A DNA stretch of 64,000 nucleotides from Candidatus Methanomethylicaceae archaeon. GTDB taxonomy: Archaea > Thermoproteota > Methanomethylicia > Methanomethylicales > Methanomethylicaceae. The stretch is taken from NCBI GenBank assembly GCA_025057955.1, contig JANXER010000001.1:46917-110916 (forward strand), in the 5' to 3' direction. Under the pieces are notes generated by a model. That model searched no databases, was not told the DNA's origin, and worked only from the letters and a program-made list of their open reading frames with translations. Shown piece after piece: positions 38,431-47,768 of the stretch. The first letter of the stretch is position 1; each line of letters begins with the position of its first letter. The translations under genes and the position numbers were made by a program.

Positions 38431-39540
38431 ATGATTAGAAAAGTGGGATTAATAATAAATCCAATAGCAGGAATGGGGGGATCTGTGGGATTAAAAGGAA
38501 CCGATGGAGATGAAATATTAGAGAAGGCTATAAAGCTTGGGGCGAAAAAAGTCTCTTTAAAAAGAGCAGAGGAATTTTTGAGCTCATTAGGAGCCTTAGC
38601 TAATACTATAGAGTTTTGGACTTGTCCCGGAGAAATGGGAGAGGAAGTTTTTAACAAATTGAATATAAAATGTAAAATTATTCCTGGAAAGATTGGAAAA
38701 ACAACAGCTGAAGATACAAAGAATGCTGCAAAATATATGCTGAAGCTTGGATTAAGCATAATAGCCTTCTGTGGAGGAGATGGAACTGCTAGAGATATCT
38801 TGGATGCCATTGGAACTTCAATTCCCATAATAGGCATTCCAGCAGGAGTAAAAATGCACAGTGGAATATTTGCAGTAACACCAAGAGTTGCAGCTGAATT
38901 GTTAATAAAGTATTTGTGGGATGAGTTGCCAGTAAAGGAAGTTGAAGTAGCTGATGTGGATGAAGAAGCTTATAGGGCTGGAAGACTTTCATCAAAGCTC
39001 TATGGTTATTTATTAACTCCCTATGAGTCAGATTCCATACAAGGCATGAAGGCACCAACCCCAATTAAAGATGATGTAATGGAAAATATGAAGGCAATAG
39101 CCAAATGGATTGTAGATAACATGGAGGAGGATGTAGTATATATTCTTGGGCCAGGAACAACAGTTAAATCAATTATGGATATTCTTGGCTTAGAGGGAAC
39201 ACTTCTAGGCGTAGATTTAATATTGAATAAAAAAATGCTTAAGCAGGATGCAAATGAAGGAGAAATTCTTCATTATATAAGAGGAAGAAGGGCTAAGATT
39301 ATTGTTTCCCCTATTGGAAGACAAGGATTCATATTTGGAAGAGGAAATCAGCAAATTAGTTCAGAGGTAATTAAAACAGTAGGAAAGGATGATATACTAA
39401 TTATCTCAACAAGAGAGAAGCTTAAGGATATAAAAGCTCTTAGGGTGGATACTGGAGATATTGAAGTAGATAAGATGTTTTATAATGGTGTAAAAGTTCT
39501 CATAGATTATGGAATTTTTAAAATATTTAAAGTTTCTTAA
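38431..39540 (+). CDS. ATP-NAD kinase family protein (COG3199-like)
   Basis: NPIAGMGGSVGLKGTDG, GGDGTARD, GIPAGVKMHS, GPGTT, FGRGNQQIS. Confidence 0.85.
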   Translation: MIRKVGLIINPIAGMGGSVGLKGTDGDEILEKAIKLGAKKVSLKRAEEFLSSLGALANTIEFWTCPGEMGEEVFNKLNIKCKIIPGKIGKTTAEDTKNAAKYMLKLGLSIIAFCGGDGTARDILDAIGTSIPIIGIPAGVKMHSGIFAVTPRVAAELLIKYLWDELPVKEVEVADVDEEAYRAGRLSSKLYGYLLTPYESDSIQGMKAPTPIKDDVMENMKAIAKWIVDNMEEDVVYILGPGTTVKSIMDILGLEGTLLGVDLILNKKMLKQDANEGEILHYIRGRRAKIIVSPIGRQGFIFGRGNQQISSEVIKTVGKDDILIISTREKLKDIKALRVDTGDIEVDKMFYNGVKVLIDYGIFKIFKVS

Positions 39541-39609
39541 ATTAATATTTTAATAAACTTTAAATTAACATTAAGAGAAATATATTATGAAGAATTATCA
39601 TGAATAAAA

Positions 39610-40014
39610 CTAAAGTTTTTTAATGAATTCTGCATAAGCCTTGGCATCCATTAGATCTTCTGTTCCTCCTTCTACTTTTACTTTCACCAACCAGCCTTCA
39701 CCATATGGATTCTTATTTATTAGCTCTGGTGAATCAATAAGTTTAGAATTTATTTCCATTACTATGCAATCCACAGGAGCATAAACCTCAGCTACTGCTT
39801 TTATAGATTCCAATGTGCAAATTGTTGATCCCTTTTTAAAAGATGAGCCAATTTTCGGGAGCTCTACATAAACAATATCATGTAAATTCTTTTGAGCATA
39901 ATCGCTTATTCCCATTCTAGCAGGATTTTCATTAATTGCTATCCATTCATGAGTTTTAGAATAGAGCAATCCTTCAATTATTATGAAATCTCCAACCTTT
40001 ATAGTTGAGTTCAT
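39610..40014 (-). CDS. gcvH: Glycine cleavage system H (lipoyl carrier) protein
   Basis: YSKTHEW, GISDYAQ, lipoyl-Lys ESIKA, PELIN.NPYGEGW. Confidence 0.92.
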   Translation of the reverse strand: MNSTIKVGDFIIIEGLLYSKTHEWIAINENPARMGISDYAQKNLHDIVYVELPKIGSSFKKGSTICTLESIKAVAEVYAPVDCIVMEINSKLIDSPELINKNPYGEGWLVKVKVEGGTEDLMDAKAYAEFIKKL

Positions 40015-40025
40015 TTCATCACCCC

Positions 40026-40226
40026 TTAGAATGGTTTAATCCTAAAGAGACCGCGTTGTGGCTTTTCATTAATTGAAATAAATATCTTCGAAGGATCAAA
40101 TGAAAGAGATGTAAAACATTTAGGACAACTAGAATCATATTTATCAATTATTTCGCGTGGAGAAATAAGCTCTTCATCGTCATAAAGAACCGCTCTACAA
40201 TTATTGCATATGATTTTAATGCCCAT
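40026..40226 (-). CDS. Small Zn-ribbon hypothetical protein
   Basis: IICNNC..VLY and CPKC; GGTGA SD upstream; 11 bp before gcvH. Confidence 0.7.
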   Translation of the reverse strand: MGIKIICNNCRAVLYDDEELISPREIIDKYDSSCPKCFTSLSFDPSKIFISINEKPQRGLFRIKPF

Positions 40227-40267
40227 ACTCTCACCAAATTCTTAAAACATAATAAAAAAACAAACTT

Positions 40268-40801
40268 TTAAATTCTTTCGCGATAATATTTAGATTTCTC
40301 CAATTTTGGAAAGCTGCGCTCAAATATTTGCAGTCCTCTATTCATAAGAGATTCTATCCATATATCATATGCAAATTGAAGAATAGTATCGGATGATTTT
40401 AAAGAGGATAGTCCTCTTGAACCAATATAAGAGATTATAACCTCGATTATAGCAGAGGATTGAAGTGTATTAGAAGTGAAACATATGATTGTTCTTAAAG
40501 ATTTTAAATAGTCTAAAGAGCTACTTACATCAAAGGAAAAAATAAGCCTCTTTCCAAAACCACCAAATATAAACAATACAGCACCTATTATTATCGCTAA
40601 ATCGTATATAAGAGGAGGGACATTTGTTGAAAAAGATCTATTTATAAAATATACAATCCCGGATGATCCAGCTATAATAATTCCCAATAAGCCAACATAT
40701 GCTCTATTTAGCTTTGGGCTTGTCCAAAATCTATCAATGAAAACTATATCATAAAATATGGAGAGGGTGAGAAGAATTATTTTGGTTTTTATAGATCTCA
40801 T
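40268..40801 (-). CDS. Hypothetical membrane protein
   Basis: 177-aa ORF with 2-3 hydrophobic segments in the N-terminal half; no recognised motif. Confidence 0.5.
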   Translation of the reverse strand: MRSIKTKIILLTLSIFYDIVFIDRFWTSPKLNRAYVGLLGIIIAGSSGIVYFINRSFSTNVPPLIYDLAIIIGAVLFIFGGFGKRLIFSFDVSSSLDYLKSLRTIICFTSNTLQSSAIIEVIISYIGSRGLSSLKSSDTILQFAYDIWIESLMNRGLQIFERSFPKLEKSKYYRERI

Positions 40802-40824
40802 TTAATAGTTAAATAATTATGGAA

Positions 40825-40867
40825 AAATATAAAATTAATTGCTTATTAAGCAATTAATTTTATATTT
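40825..40867. repeat. Perfect 43-bp palindrome (21-bp arms, 1-bp centre)
   Basis: AAATATAAAATTAATTGCTTA-T-TAAGCAATTAATTTTATATTT. Confidence 0.92.
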
Positions 40868-40944
40868 CATTATTTTAAATTGATTAAAAATATTTTTCTA
40901 TATTAACTATATTCACCATGGCTTTTTATTACTTAAATAAAAAT

Positions 40945-41682
40945 CTAGTGTAGTGTATAACCACCATCTATAACAATGTTCTGTCCAGTAATAAAGTCTG
41001 ATTTATCGCTTGCTAAAAATAGTACTAAATTAGCCACATCCTTTGGCTCCCCCCATCTACCCAATGGGATGCTTCTCTTTATTTGTTCATACATTTCTTC
41101 TCCAAGTGCCATTGTTCCTGGCGTCAAAATTGGGCCGGGGGAAATGGAATTAACATTTATTCCATATTTCGCTACTTCTAAAGCTAAAGCCTTTGTAAAT
41201 CCAACTATTGCAGCTTTGCTTGCAGAATAATGAGTTAAATTTGGAAAACCAATAACTGAGCCTGCAATAGAGGCAATATTTATTATTTTTCCCTTTCTTT
41301 GTTCAATCATTTTTGGTAAAACCATCTTAGTGAAGTAAAATACACTCTTCAAATTAACGTTTAACACTCTATCCCAATCCTCTTCTGTCATATCAATAAA
41401 TTGTTTGAATGGATAAATTCCAGCATTATTTATAAGTATATCAATTTTTCCAAATTTAGCAATTATTTCATTTACTGCTTTTTCAACATCTCCATTATTT
41501 GAAACATCACATTTAATCGCTAAAGCTTCTCCACCAAAGGCTTCGATTTCTTTTCTGACTTTAAATATTCCATCATCTATATCGATTAGGGCTATTTTTA
41601 CACCATTTTTAGCAAGTTCCATGGCTATTTCTCTACCAATTCCCCTTGCAGCTCCAGTGACAATTGCTATTTTATCCTTCAT
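40945..41682 (-). CDS. Short-chain dehydrogenase/reductase (FabG-like)
   Basis: TGAARGIG, NNAGI, YSASK, VNSISPG, ITGQ.IVIDGG. Confidence 0.92.
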   Translation of the reverse strand: MKDKIAIVTGAARGIGREIAMELAKNGVKIALIDIDDGIFKVRKEIEAFGGEALAIKCDVSNNGDVEKAVNEIIAKFGKIDILINNAGIYPFKQFIDMTEEDWDRVLNVNLKSVFYFTKMVLPKMIEQRKGKIINIASIAGSVIGFPNLTHYSASKAAIVGFTKALALEVAKYGINVNSISPGPILTPGTMALGEEMYEQIKRSIPLGRWGEPKDVANLVLFLASDKSDFITGQNIVIDGGYTLH

Positions 41683-41797
41683 ACATTAGAATGTATTATA
41701 ATCAAATATAAGAGTTTAGGTTTTTATTTATTAATAGCTAAGGATATATTTAAATTTGGAAAAAAGGCATAATAATATGGAAAAAGAGGGAAAGAAA

Positions 41798-42217
41798 ATG
41801 GCTTCAAGCGAACTCTTGAATCTTCTAAATGAGGCAATTGCAAGAGAGCTTCAGGTATCCATTCAATATATGTGGCAGCATGTTCAATGGAGAGGAGTAA
41901 AGGGGTTTTCGGTTCAAGATGAATTGAAAAAAATTGCTATAACTGAGATGAAGCACGCTGAGGCCATAGCGGAAAGGCTATTCTATTTGGGCGGTATTCC
42001 TACAACAAAACCTAAAGAAATCTTTGTAGGAACAACTCTCAAAGAGATGATTGAGAGAGATGTAAAAGATGAGGAAAACGCTATAAAACTATACAAGGAG
42101 ATAATAGATAGAGCTCGAAAGGAGAATGATATTACAACAGCATTTCTATTTGAAAGCATACTGAAAGATGAAGAGGAACACCATGATTTCTTCACATCAA
42201 TCTTGGAAGAAATCTAA
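41798..42217 (+). CDS. Bacterioferritin/ferritin-like di-iron protein
   Basis: E..QY..Q, TEMKHAE, DEENAI..Y, DEEEHHD ferroxidase-type motifs; start placed at ATG 41798. Confidence 0.85.
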   Translation: MASSELLNLLNEAIARELQVSIQYMWQHVQWRGVKGFSVQDELKKIAITEMKHAEAIAERLFYLGGIPTTKPKEIFVGTTLKEMIERDVKDEENAIKLYKEIIDRARKENDITTAFLFESILKDEEEHHDFFTSILEEI

Positions 42218-42224
42218 CATCTTC

Positions 42225-42233
42225 TTTTTTTTT
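42225..42233 (+). terminator. Oligo-T terminator after ferritin-like gene
   Basis: T9 run just after the stop codon. Confidence 0.5.
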
Positions 42234-42258
42234 AAAAGTTTTACTAATTATTATAATA

Positions 42259-42278
42259 ACATGAAAGATTATATCTCT
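42259..42278 (+). repeat. 20-bp dispersed direct repeat, copy 1 (copy 2 at 50170-50189)
   Basis: ACATGAAAGATTATATCTCT identical at both sites. Confidence 0.85.
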
Positions 42279-43282
42279 GTAATTATTTTTAATTATTTTT
42301 ACAGAATGGTGTAAGAGGATTATATTATAAAAGCCTTCCTTTGAAAATTTATTTTATGGATTTCTAATTTGAAGGCCATTTATAACAATTAGTTAGATAT
42401 ATATGCTGTTGAGGAAGTTTGGAGAATATTATACTATAAATTTTTAAAACAACTTTTTGATAGATAAGTCTTAACCTATTGAGTCGAAAATAGCATCCCT
42501 TAATTACTTACAATCCAGCAACTATTTCTTCTTATAAATATTTCCCTTCAAATTATTGACTTGCCCATAATTGTCAAAAATTATTTTATTAACAAAATTT
42601 TTGGATTAGGCTCTTCTTGGAGCTCCATTCACTAACCTCCTTGCGACAATGAGGCTCTTGAGAAACTGAAGAAGAAAAGGTAATCTAAACCAACTTGACA
42701 ATTATAAATCCATTCTTTTAGAAGTCACATGAAGGAGCTGAAGTAATAGCCCATAGATATGATGTTACAGGCTTCTTTATTCCAATTTATACATCCTTTA
42801 TACTAGAACTAAAATACTAAGAGGAAAACAAAGGAAGAGTGGGCAAAAAAAGTGCTAGCAAAATGGAGAGAAATTAAAAGGACTAAATAAGGTGGCTTCA
42901 GAGAAAATCTATAACAAATTAAAATTGCAAAAAGCCTCGGCTAGCGCAATGTTCATACAAAATTTATCTAGGATGACTTGTAACATCAGAAAATCTAAAA
43001 ACTTTTGAGGTAAAACTATTAAAGCATCTTTAGTTGCATTTGATCCATCATTTTTATTTCGCTTCTATGAGGCCAATAATATTTTGCTTAAATATTCTAA
43101 TTAAATATTCTAAAAACTCATCAAAAATTTTATTGTATAATTCAAATGAATAATCCATAAATTTGCTGAAAATTTCTCAAGGATGAAAGTTTGATATAAT
43201 TTAATAAAAATTTGATATACAATCCATTGGATTTTAGTAGCTTAAACCCTCACAAATAATTAACGATTAGAAAATTCAATTA

Positions 43283-43383
43283 TGCGGGGGGTGGGATTTG
43301 AACCCACGAAGGCCTGCGCCAGAGGATAACCCATCTTTTTAATCTTGAGTCCTCCCCCTTTAACCTGGCTAGGGGACCCCCGC
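43283..43383 (-). tRNA. tRNA-Leu(CAA) with a 16-nt intron (43328-43343) at position 37/38
   Basis: Acceptor GCGGGGG/CCCCCGC; GAGGA-CT CAA G[ATTAAAAAGATGGGTT]A-TCCTC; BHB helix CUCA/UGGG with two 3-nt bulges; T arm GTGGG TTCAAAT CCCAC. Confidence 0.93.
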
Positions 43384-43417
43384 TTAAGAAAAAATTGGAA
43401 ATAAAAATATTTAACTT

Positions 43418-43648
43418 TTAACCACGAGCGAAATAAGAGGCTAGGAAGAATACCAATATCATTCCAACCATAACTATTATGAATAAATAGCTCATCTTCT
43501 GCTGCTTTTTATACTGCTTAAGCTCCTCTTCATATTTCCTAGAACATTCCTTTGAACATGTTTTCTCCCCCTCAGGAATGGCTTTTCCACAGATAATACA
43601 ATGAGTATGTGGCCCCCATTCCTCCTTCTTTCTTGACATAGTGAACAC
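43418..43648 (-). CDS. DUF2116 family Zn-ribbon membrane protein
   Basis: PHTHCIICGKAIP....CS.EC followed by a C-terminal TM helix; downstream of pyrH. Confidence 0.8.
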   Translation of the reverse strand: MFTMSRKKEEWGPHTHCIICGKAIPEGEKTCSKECSRKYEEELKQYKKQQKMSYLFIIVMVGMILVFFLASYFARG

Positions 43649-43649
43649 C

Positions 43650-44342
43650 TCATGGTAAGATTGTTGTGCCTATTTTTTCATCTAGAAAAGCTTTTAAGAT
43701 GTTATTTGGATCTCTTCCATTTACTATTTTCGTCAATATTTTCGAACGCTTTATTATTTTTAAAGCCACTGAGTCGAAAAGCTCATATTCACCAGCTTTA
43801 GTTCCTTGATCCTCTAATATTTTAAGAAGTTCATCAACATTTATAGAATCATATTTCTTAGCATGTGGATCCTTTTTTGGATCGCTAGTATAAACGCCGT
43901 CCACATCACTGGTTATTATTAAAACTTTTGATTTCGTCCTCTCAGCAACAATAGAGGATACAGCATTTGTAGATTGTCCTGGCTGTAAACCGCCCATTAC
44001 TACAATTTTACCTGAAGATATAGCCATATCTAATTCTTGGAAATTGCTGGGAATAAAGCAATAAGCTTCATCACCAAGCAAATTGGCAAAAATTCTTGCA
44101 TTAATATTTGCAATGGAAATTCCAATATGATCGCATGTAGATTCATCAGCACCATTTTCTCTAGCAATTCTTATATAATATCTTGCTGGCTCTCCACCAC
44201 CTATTACAATATATGGCATATGGCCCATAGATTTAATTTTCTTTATAACCTCAGCATATGGTTTGAGGTTTGGCATAACATCAAAGGATGGAAAAAGAAT
44301 ATGTCCACTAAGCTTTATAGTAATGTTCAAATTTTTCACCAA
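43650..44342 (-). CDS. pyrH: UMP kinase
   Basis: GGGEPARYYI, GGLQPGQSTNAV, DVDGVYTSDPKKDP, IGT. Confidence 0.92.
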   Translation of the reverse strand: MVKNLNITIKLSGHILFPSFDVMPNLKPYAEVIKKIKSMGHMPYIVIGGGEPARYYIRIARENGADESTCDHIGISIANINARIFANLLGDEAYCFIPSNFQELDMAISSGKIVVMGGLQPGQSTNAVSSIVAERTKSKVLIITSDVDGVYTSDPKKDPHAKKYDSINVDELLKILEDQGTKAGEYELFDSVALKIIKRSKILTKIVNGRDPNNILKAFLDEKIGTTILP

Positions 44343-44392
44343 GAAAAGTTATAGCGAGAAATATATAAAGCTTAGATGCTTGAGGATAGACA

Positions 44393-45625
44393 ATGTCCAA
44401 AAGGAGTTCATTGGAGCTATATAGATTGAAGAAGTTGATAGAGGAATTGGAGTCTAAAGAGGGCAGAGGAACTGAGCTTGTATCTCTATATATACCGCCG
44501 GGAAGGCAAATAGCAGATGCTATGAATAATTTAAGAGAGGAATATGGTACTGCAGCTAATATAAAGTCAAAATCCACAAGAAAAAATGTACAAGATGCCA
44601 TAGAGAGTATAATGCAGAGATTGAAGCTATTTAAAATTCCTCCTCCAAATGGTCTTATAGTATTCAGTGGAGCTATACCAAGGGGACCACCTGGTTCAGA
44701 GAAAATAGAAACCTATGTAATAGAACCTCCTGAGCCAATATCCATATATTACTATAGATGTGATTCAAAGTTTTTCCTTGATCCCATAAAGGAAATGCTT
44801 GCTGAGAAGGACATCTATGGATTAATCGTCTTAGATAGAAGTAGTGCTACTTTTGCAATTCTTAAAGGGAGAAGAGTGGATATTCTTGAAACCATAACCT
44901 CTGGAGTACCTGGAAAGCATGATGCTGGTGGACAATCAGCAAGAAGATTCCAAAGATTAATAGAATTAGCAGCTCATGATTTTTATAAAAGAGTGGCTGA
45001 ACACGCTGAAAAGCATTTTCTAGCTATTGAGAACTTAAAAGGGATAATTATTGGAGGTCCAGGGCCAACAAAAAATGAATTTTATAATGGAAACTATCTT
45101 CATTATCAATTACAAAGTAAGGTGATAAGCATAGAGGATCTTGGTTATACTGAGGAGCCAGGAGTTTATGAGCTTATTGAGAAAGCTAAGGAAGTTTTAA
45201 AGGATGTGGAGCTTATAAGAGAGAAAAATTTAGTTCAAGAATTTTTAGGACTTCTTGTAAAATCATCGAATTATGTAGCTTATGGAGAGAATGAAGTAAG
45301 AGAGAAGCTTGAAAAAGGAGCTGTTAAAATTCTTTTAATTTCAGCTGGTATTGAAAAATATAGAATAAAGTACAAATGCCAAAGCTGTGGATATGAAAAA
45401 GAAGCAACTATAGCAAATAAACATGATTTCTCAAGAGAGACTTGTGAAAAATGTGGAGGAATAATGTATGAGGAAGAAAGAAAGAGTATTATAGAGGAGC
45501 TCGCTAAGCTAGCAGAGGAAACAAAAGCTCAAGTGGAAATTATATCCACTGAAACAAGTGAAGGAAAAATGTTATTATCCTCCTTTGGAGGAATAGTAGC
45601 AATATTAAGATATGTTAATGAATAG
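44393..45625 (+). CDS. prf1: Peptide chain release factor aRF1
   Basis: GRGTELVSLYIP, NIKS, YRCD, GKHDAGGQSARRF, GGPGPTK. Confidence 0.97.
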   Translation: MSKRSSLELYRLKKLIEELESKEGRGTELVSLYIPPGRQIADAMNNLREEYGTAANIKSKSTRKNVQDAIESIMQRLKLFKIPPPNGLIVFSGAIPRGPPGSEKIETYVIEPPEPISIYYYRCDSKFFLDPIKEMLAEKDIYGLIVLDRSSATFAILKGRRVDILETITSGVPGKHDAGGQSARRFQRLIELAAHDFYKRVAEHAEKHFLAIENLKGIIIGGPGPTKNEFYNGNYLHYQLQSKVISIEDLGYTEEPGVYELIEKAKEVLKDVELIREKNLVQEFLGLLVKSSNYVAYGENEVREKLEKGAVKILLISAGIEKYRIKYKCQSCGYEKEATIANKHDFSRETCEKCGGIMYEEERKSIIEELAKLAEETKAQVEIISTETSEGKMLLSSFGGIVAILRYVNE

Positions 45626-46412
45626 CTAATTTTTTAGATTTCTCTATAGCAGCAATAATAGCATTGCGAAAGATCTCTGGAAGCCCTTTTGAAATCATTA
45701 CATTGATGGCTTCCTCAGTAGTTCCACCTGGAGAGGCCACTAGATTTATCAAAGATTGAAAATCCTCCTTTGAATTTAAGGCTAAAATTCCTGCAGCCTT
45801 ACAAGTTTGAGCCACAAGCTTTCTAGCCATTTCCTTGGATAGCCCAAATTCTTCACCAAGCTCAGTCATTATTTTCATTATTAGGAAGAAATAAGCAGGT
45901 CCACTACCACTTATTCCAGTGATAACATCCATTATATTTTCATCATCAATAAAAAACACCATTCCCACACTTTCAAAAATTCTTCTAGCCAAATTAATTT
46001 CATCATTAGTTACATTAGCATTACGTATAAGAATAGAAATAGATTCTCCAATAGATGCTGCAATGTTTGGCATGGCTCTAATAATTTTGGCATTTTTTCC
46101 TAGCTTAGATTCCATGAAGGAGATGGTTATTCCAGCAGCTATGGAAATGAAGATTTTATTTCCATCTAGATTTTTCCTTATTTCCTCTAGTACCATGGCA
46201 AAATCCTTTGGCTTCACTGCTATAATTATTATATCACAAACATTTAAATCAGAGATAGATTTAACTGATTTAATTCCATCCTCTTTAGCCTTAGTAATTT
46301 TACCTTCATCCAAATCATAAATGGTAGGAATTATTCCAGCCTTTGCCATACCTTTAGCAAGCGAAGAGCCCATTCTTCCATAGCCTATTATACCAATTCT
46401 CACATCATTCAC
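45615..46412 (-). CDS. proC: Pyrroline-5-carboxylate reductase
   Basis: GYGRMG, AVKP, SIAAG, RAMPN, SGSGPAY, VASPGGTT. Confidence 0.95.
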   Translation of the reverse strand: MNDVRIGIIGYGRMGSSLAKGMAKAGIIPTIYDLDEGKITKAKEDGIKSVKSISDLNVCDIIIIAVKPKDFAMVLEEIRKNLDGNKIFISIAAGITISFMESKLGKNAKIIRAMPNIAASIGESISILIRNANVTNDEINLARRIFESVGMVFFIDDENIMDVITGISGSGPAYFFLIMKIMTELGEEFGLSKEMARKLVAQTCKAAGILALNSKEDFQSLINLVASPGGTTEEAINVMISKGLPEIFRNAIIAAIEKSKKLAIH

Positions 46413-47757
46413 CCAAATAATCCAACCATGAGCCCTCTATTCTTCTATGAATAAAGGGTTTTGCATTCTTTCCAACATAATCAGCAACTTTCTGTCCAGA
46501 GCCAAGAAGTATATATTTTGTTGTAACTAATCCCTCTAAGCCAACTGGACCTCTAGCATGAATTTTATTAGTAGAAATACCAACTTCAGCTCCAAGGCCA
46601 TATCTATATCCATCACTGAACCTTGTAGATGCATTATGCATTACAGTAGAAGAATCCACCATGCTGAGAAACTTCTTTACTGTGGAAATATCCTCAGCAA
46701 TAATTGAATCAGTATGATGGGAGCCATATCGATTTATGTGCTCTATTGCTTCATCCACCCCATTTACAATCTTTATTGGAAGTGTTAAATCTAAGTATTC
46801 TGTAGACCAATCCTCTTCTATAGCTGGCTCTGCGGGAATATTGTAATGCTTCAATATTTCCAAGGTTTCTGAACATCCCTTTATTTTAACACCACTTTCA
46901 ATCAATCGTTTTGCTACATCTGGTAGAAAATCCTTTGCTATTGCTCTATCTATTAGCAATATCTTCATAGAGTTACAAGCAGCAGGATATTGAACTCTAG
47001 CATCATGGCATATTTCCACTGCTATATCTTTTTTTGCACTTCCATCCACATATATATGACATATTCCAGCAGAGTGACCAAGGACTGGAATTCTAGTATT
47101 CTCTTGAATATATTTCACAAATTCATTACTTCCTCTAGGAATGATTAAGTCTATAAGATCTTCCATTTTTAGAATTTCCTTTATTGCTTCTCTTTCCTCA
47201 AGAAGTTGCATACAGCCCTTTGGTAATCCCTCGGCTATAAAGGCCTCATATATTACTTTAAATAATGCTCTATTTGACTCCTTTGCCTCTGAGCCTCCTT
47301 TCAGTAATACTGCATTTCCTGATTTTATGCATAAAGAGGCAATTTGTGGTAAAGCATCCGGTCGACTCTCAAATATAGCTGCAATAACACCAAAAGGAAC
47401 AGTAATTTTAAAAACTCTTAAGCCTTTATCCATTTCCATTGAGTAAACAGTTTTTCCCACTGGATCATCTAATTCCGCAACTTTTTCTATCATTTTACAA
47501 ATCTCATTAATCTTACTTTCATCAAGCTTCAATCGATCTAATAGCGGCTTTATGAGTTTTCCTTCTTTTAATAATTTATGTCCTATTTCCATATCCAATT
47601 TATTTGCCTCAAGAATGAGATCCTTATTTTTCTTTATAGCTAAAGCAGCAGCTCTAAGAGCTTCATCCTTAATATTTCGAGGGAGATTTGCAAGTATTAA
47701 TGAGGCTTTTTTAGCAAACATCACTTGCTCATATAAGCTAATTGTTACATCACTCAT
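46405..47757 (-). CDS. proA: Gamma-glutamyl phosphate reductase
   Basis: IFESRP, LKGGSEA, IIPRGS, YPAACN, GSHHTDSI, NASTRFSDG, HARGPVGL. Confidence 0.95.
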   Translation of the reverse strand: MSDVTISLYEQVMFAKKASLILANLPRNIKDEALRAAALAIKKNKDLILEANKLDMEIGHKLLKEGKLIKPLLDRLKLDESKINEICKMIEKVAELDDPVGKTVYSMEMDKGLRVFKITVPFGVIAAIFESRPDALPQIASLCIKSGNAVLLKGGSEAKESNRALFKVIYEAFIAEGLPKGCMQLLEEREAIKEILKMEDLIDLIIPRGSNEFVKYIQENTRIPVLGHSAGICHIYVDGSAKKDIAVEICHDARVQYPAACNSMKILLIDRAIAKDFLPDVAKRLIESGVKIKGCSETLEILKHYNIPAEPAIEEDWSTEYLDLTLPIKIVNGVDEAIEHINRYGSHHTDSIIAEDISTVKKFLSMVDSSTVMHNASTRFSDGYRYGLGAEVGISTNKIHARGPVGLEGLVTTKYILLGSGQKVADYVGKNAKPFIHRRIEGSWLDYLGE

Positions 47758-47768
47758 TATTTCACCAC

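Noticed and set aside
41716-41734. DtxR-like box upstream of the bacterioferritin-like gene
   Set aside because: Only one half-site (TTAGGTT) matches; indistinguishable from AT-rich background
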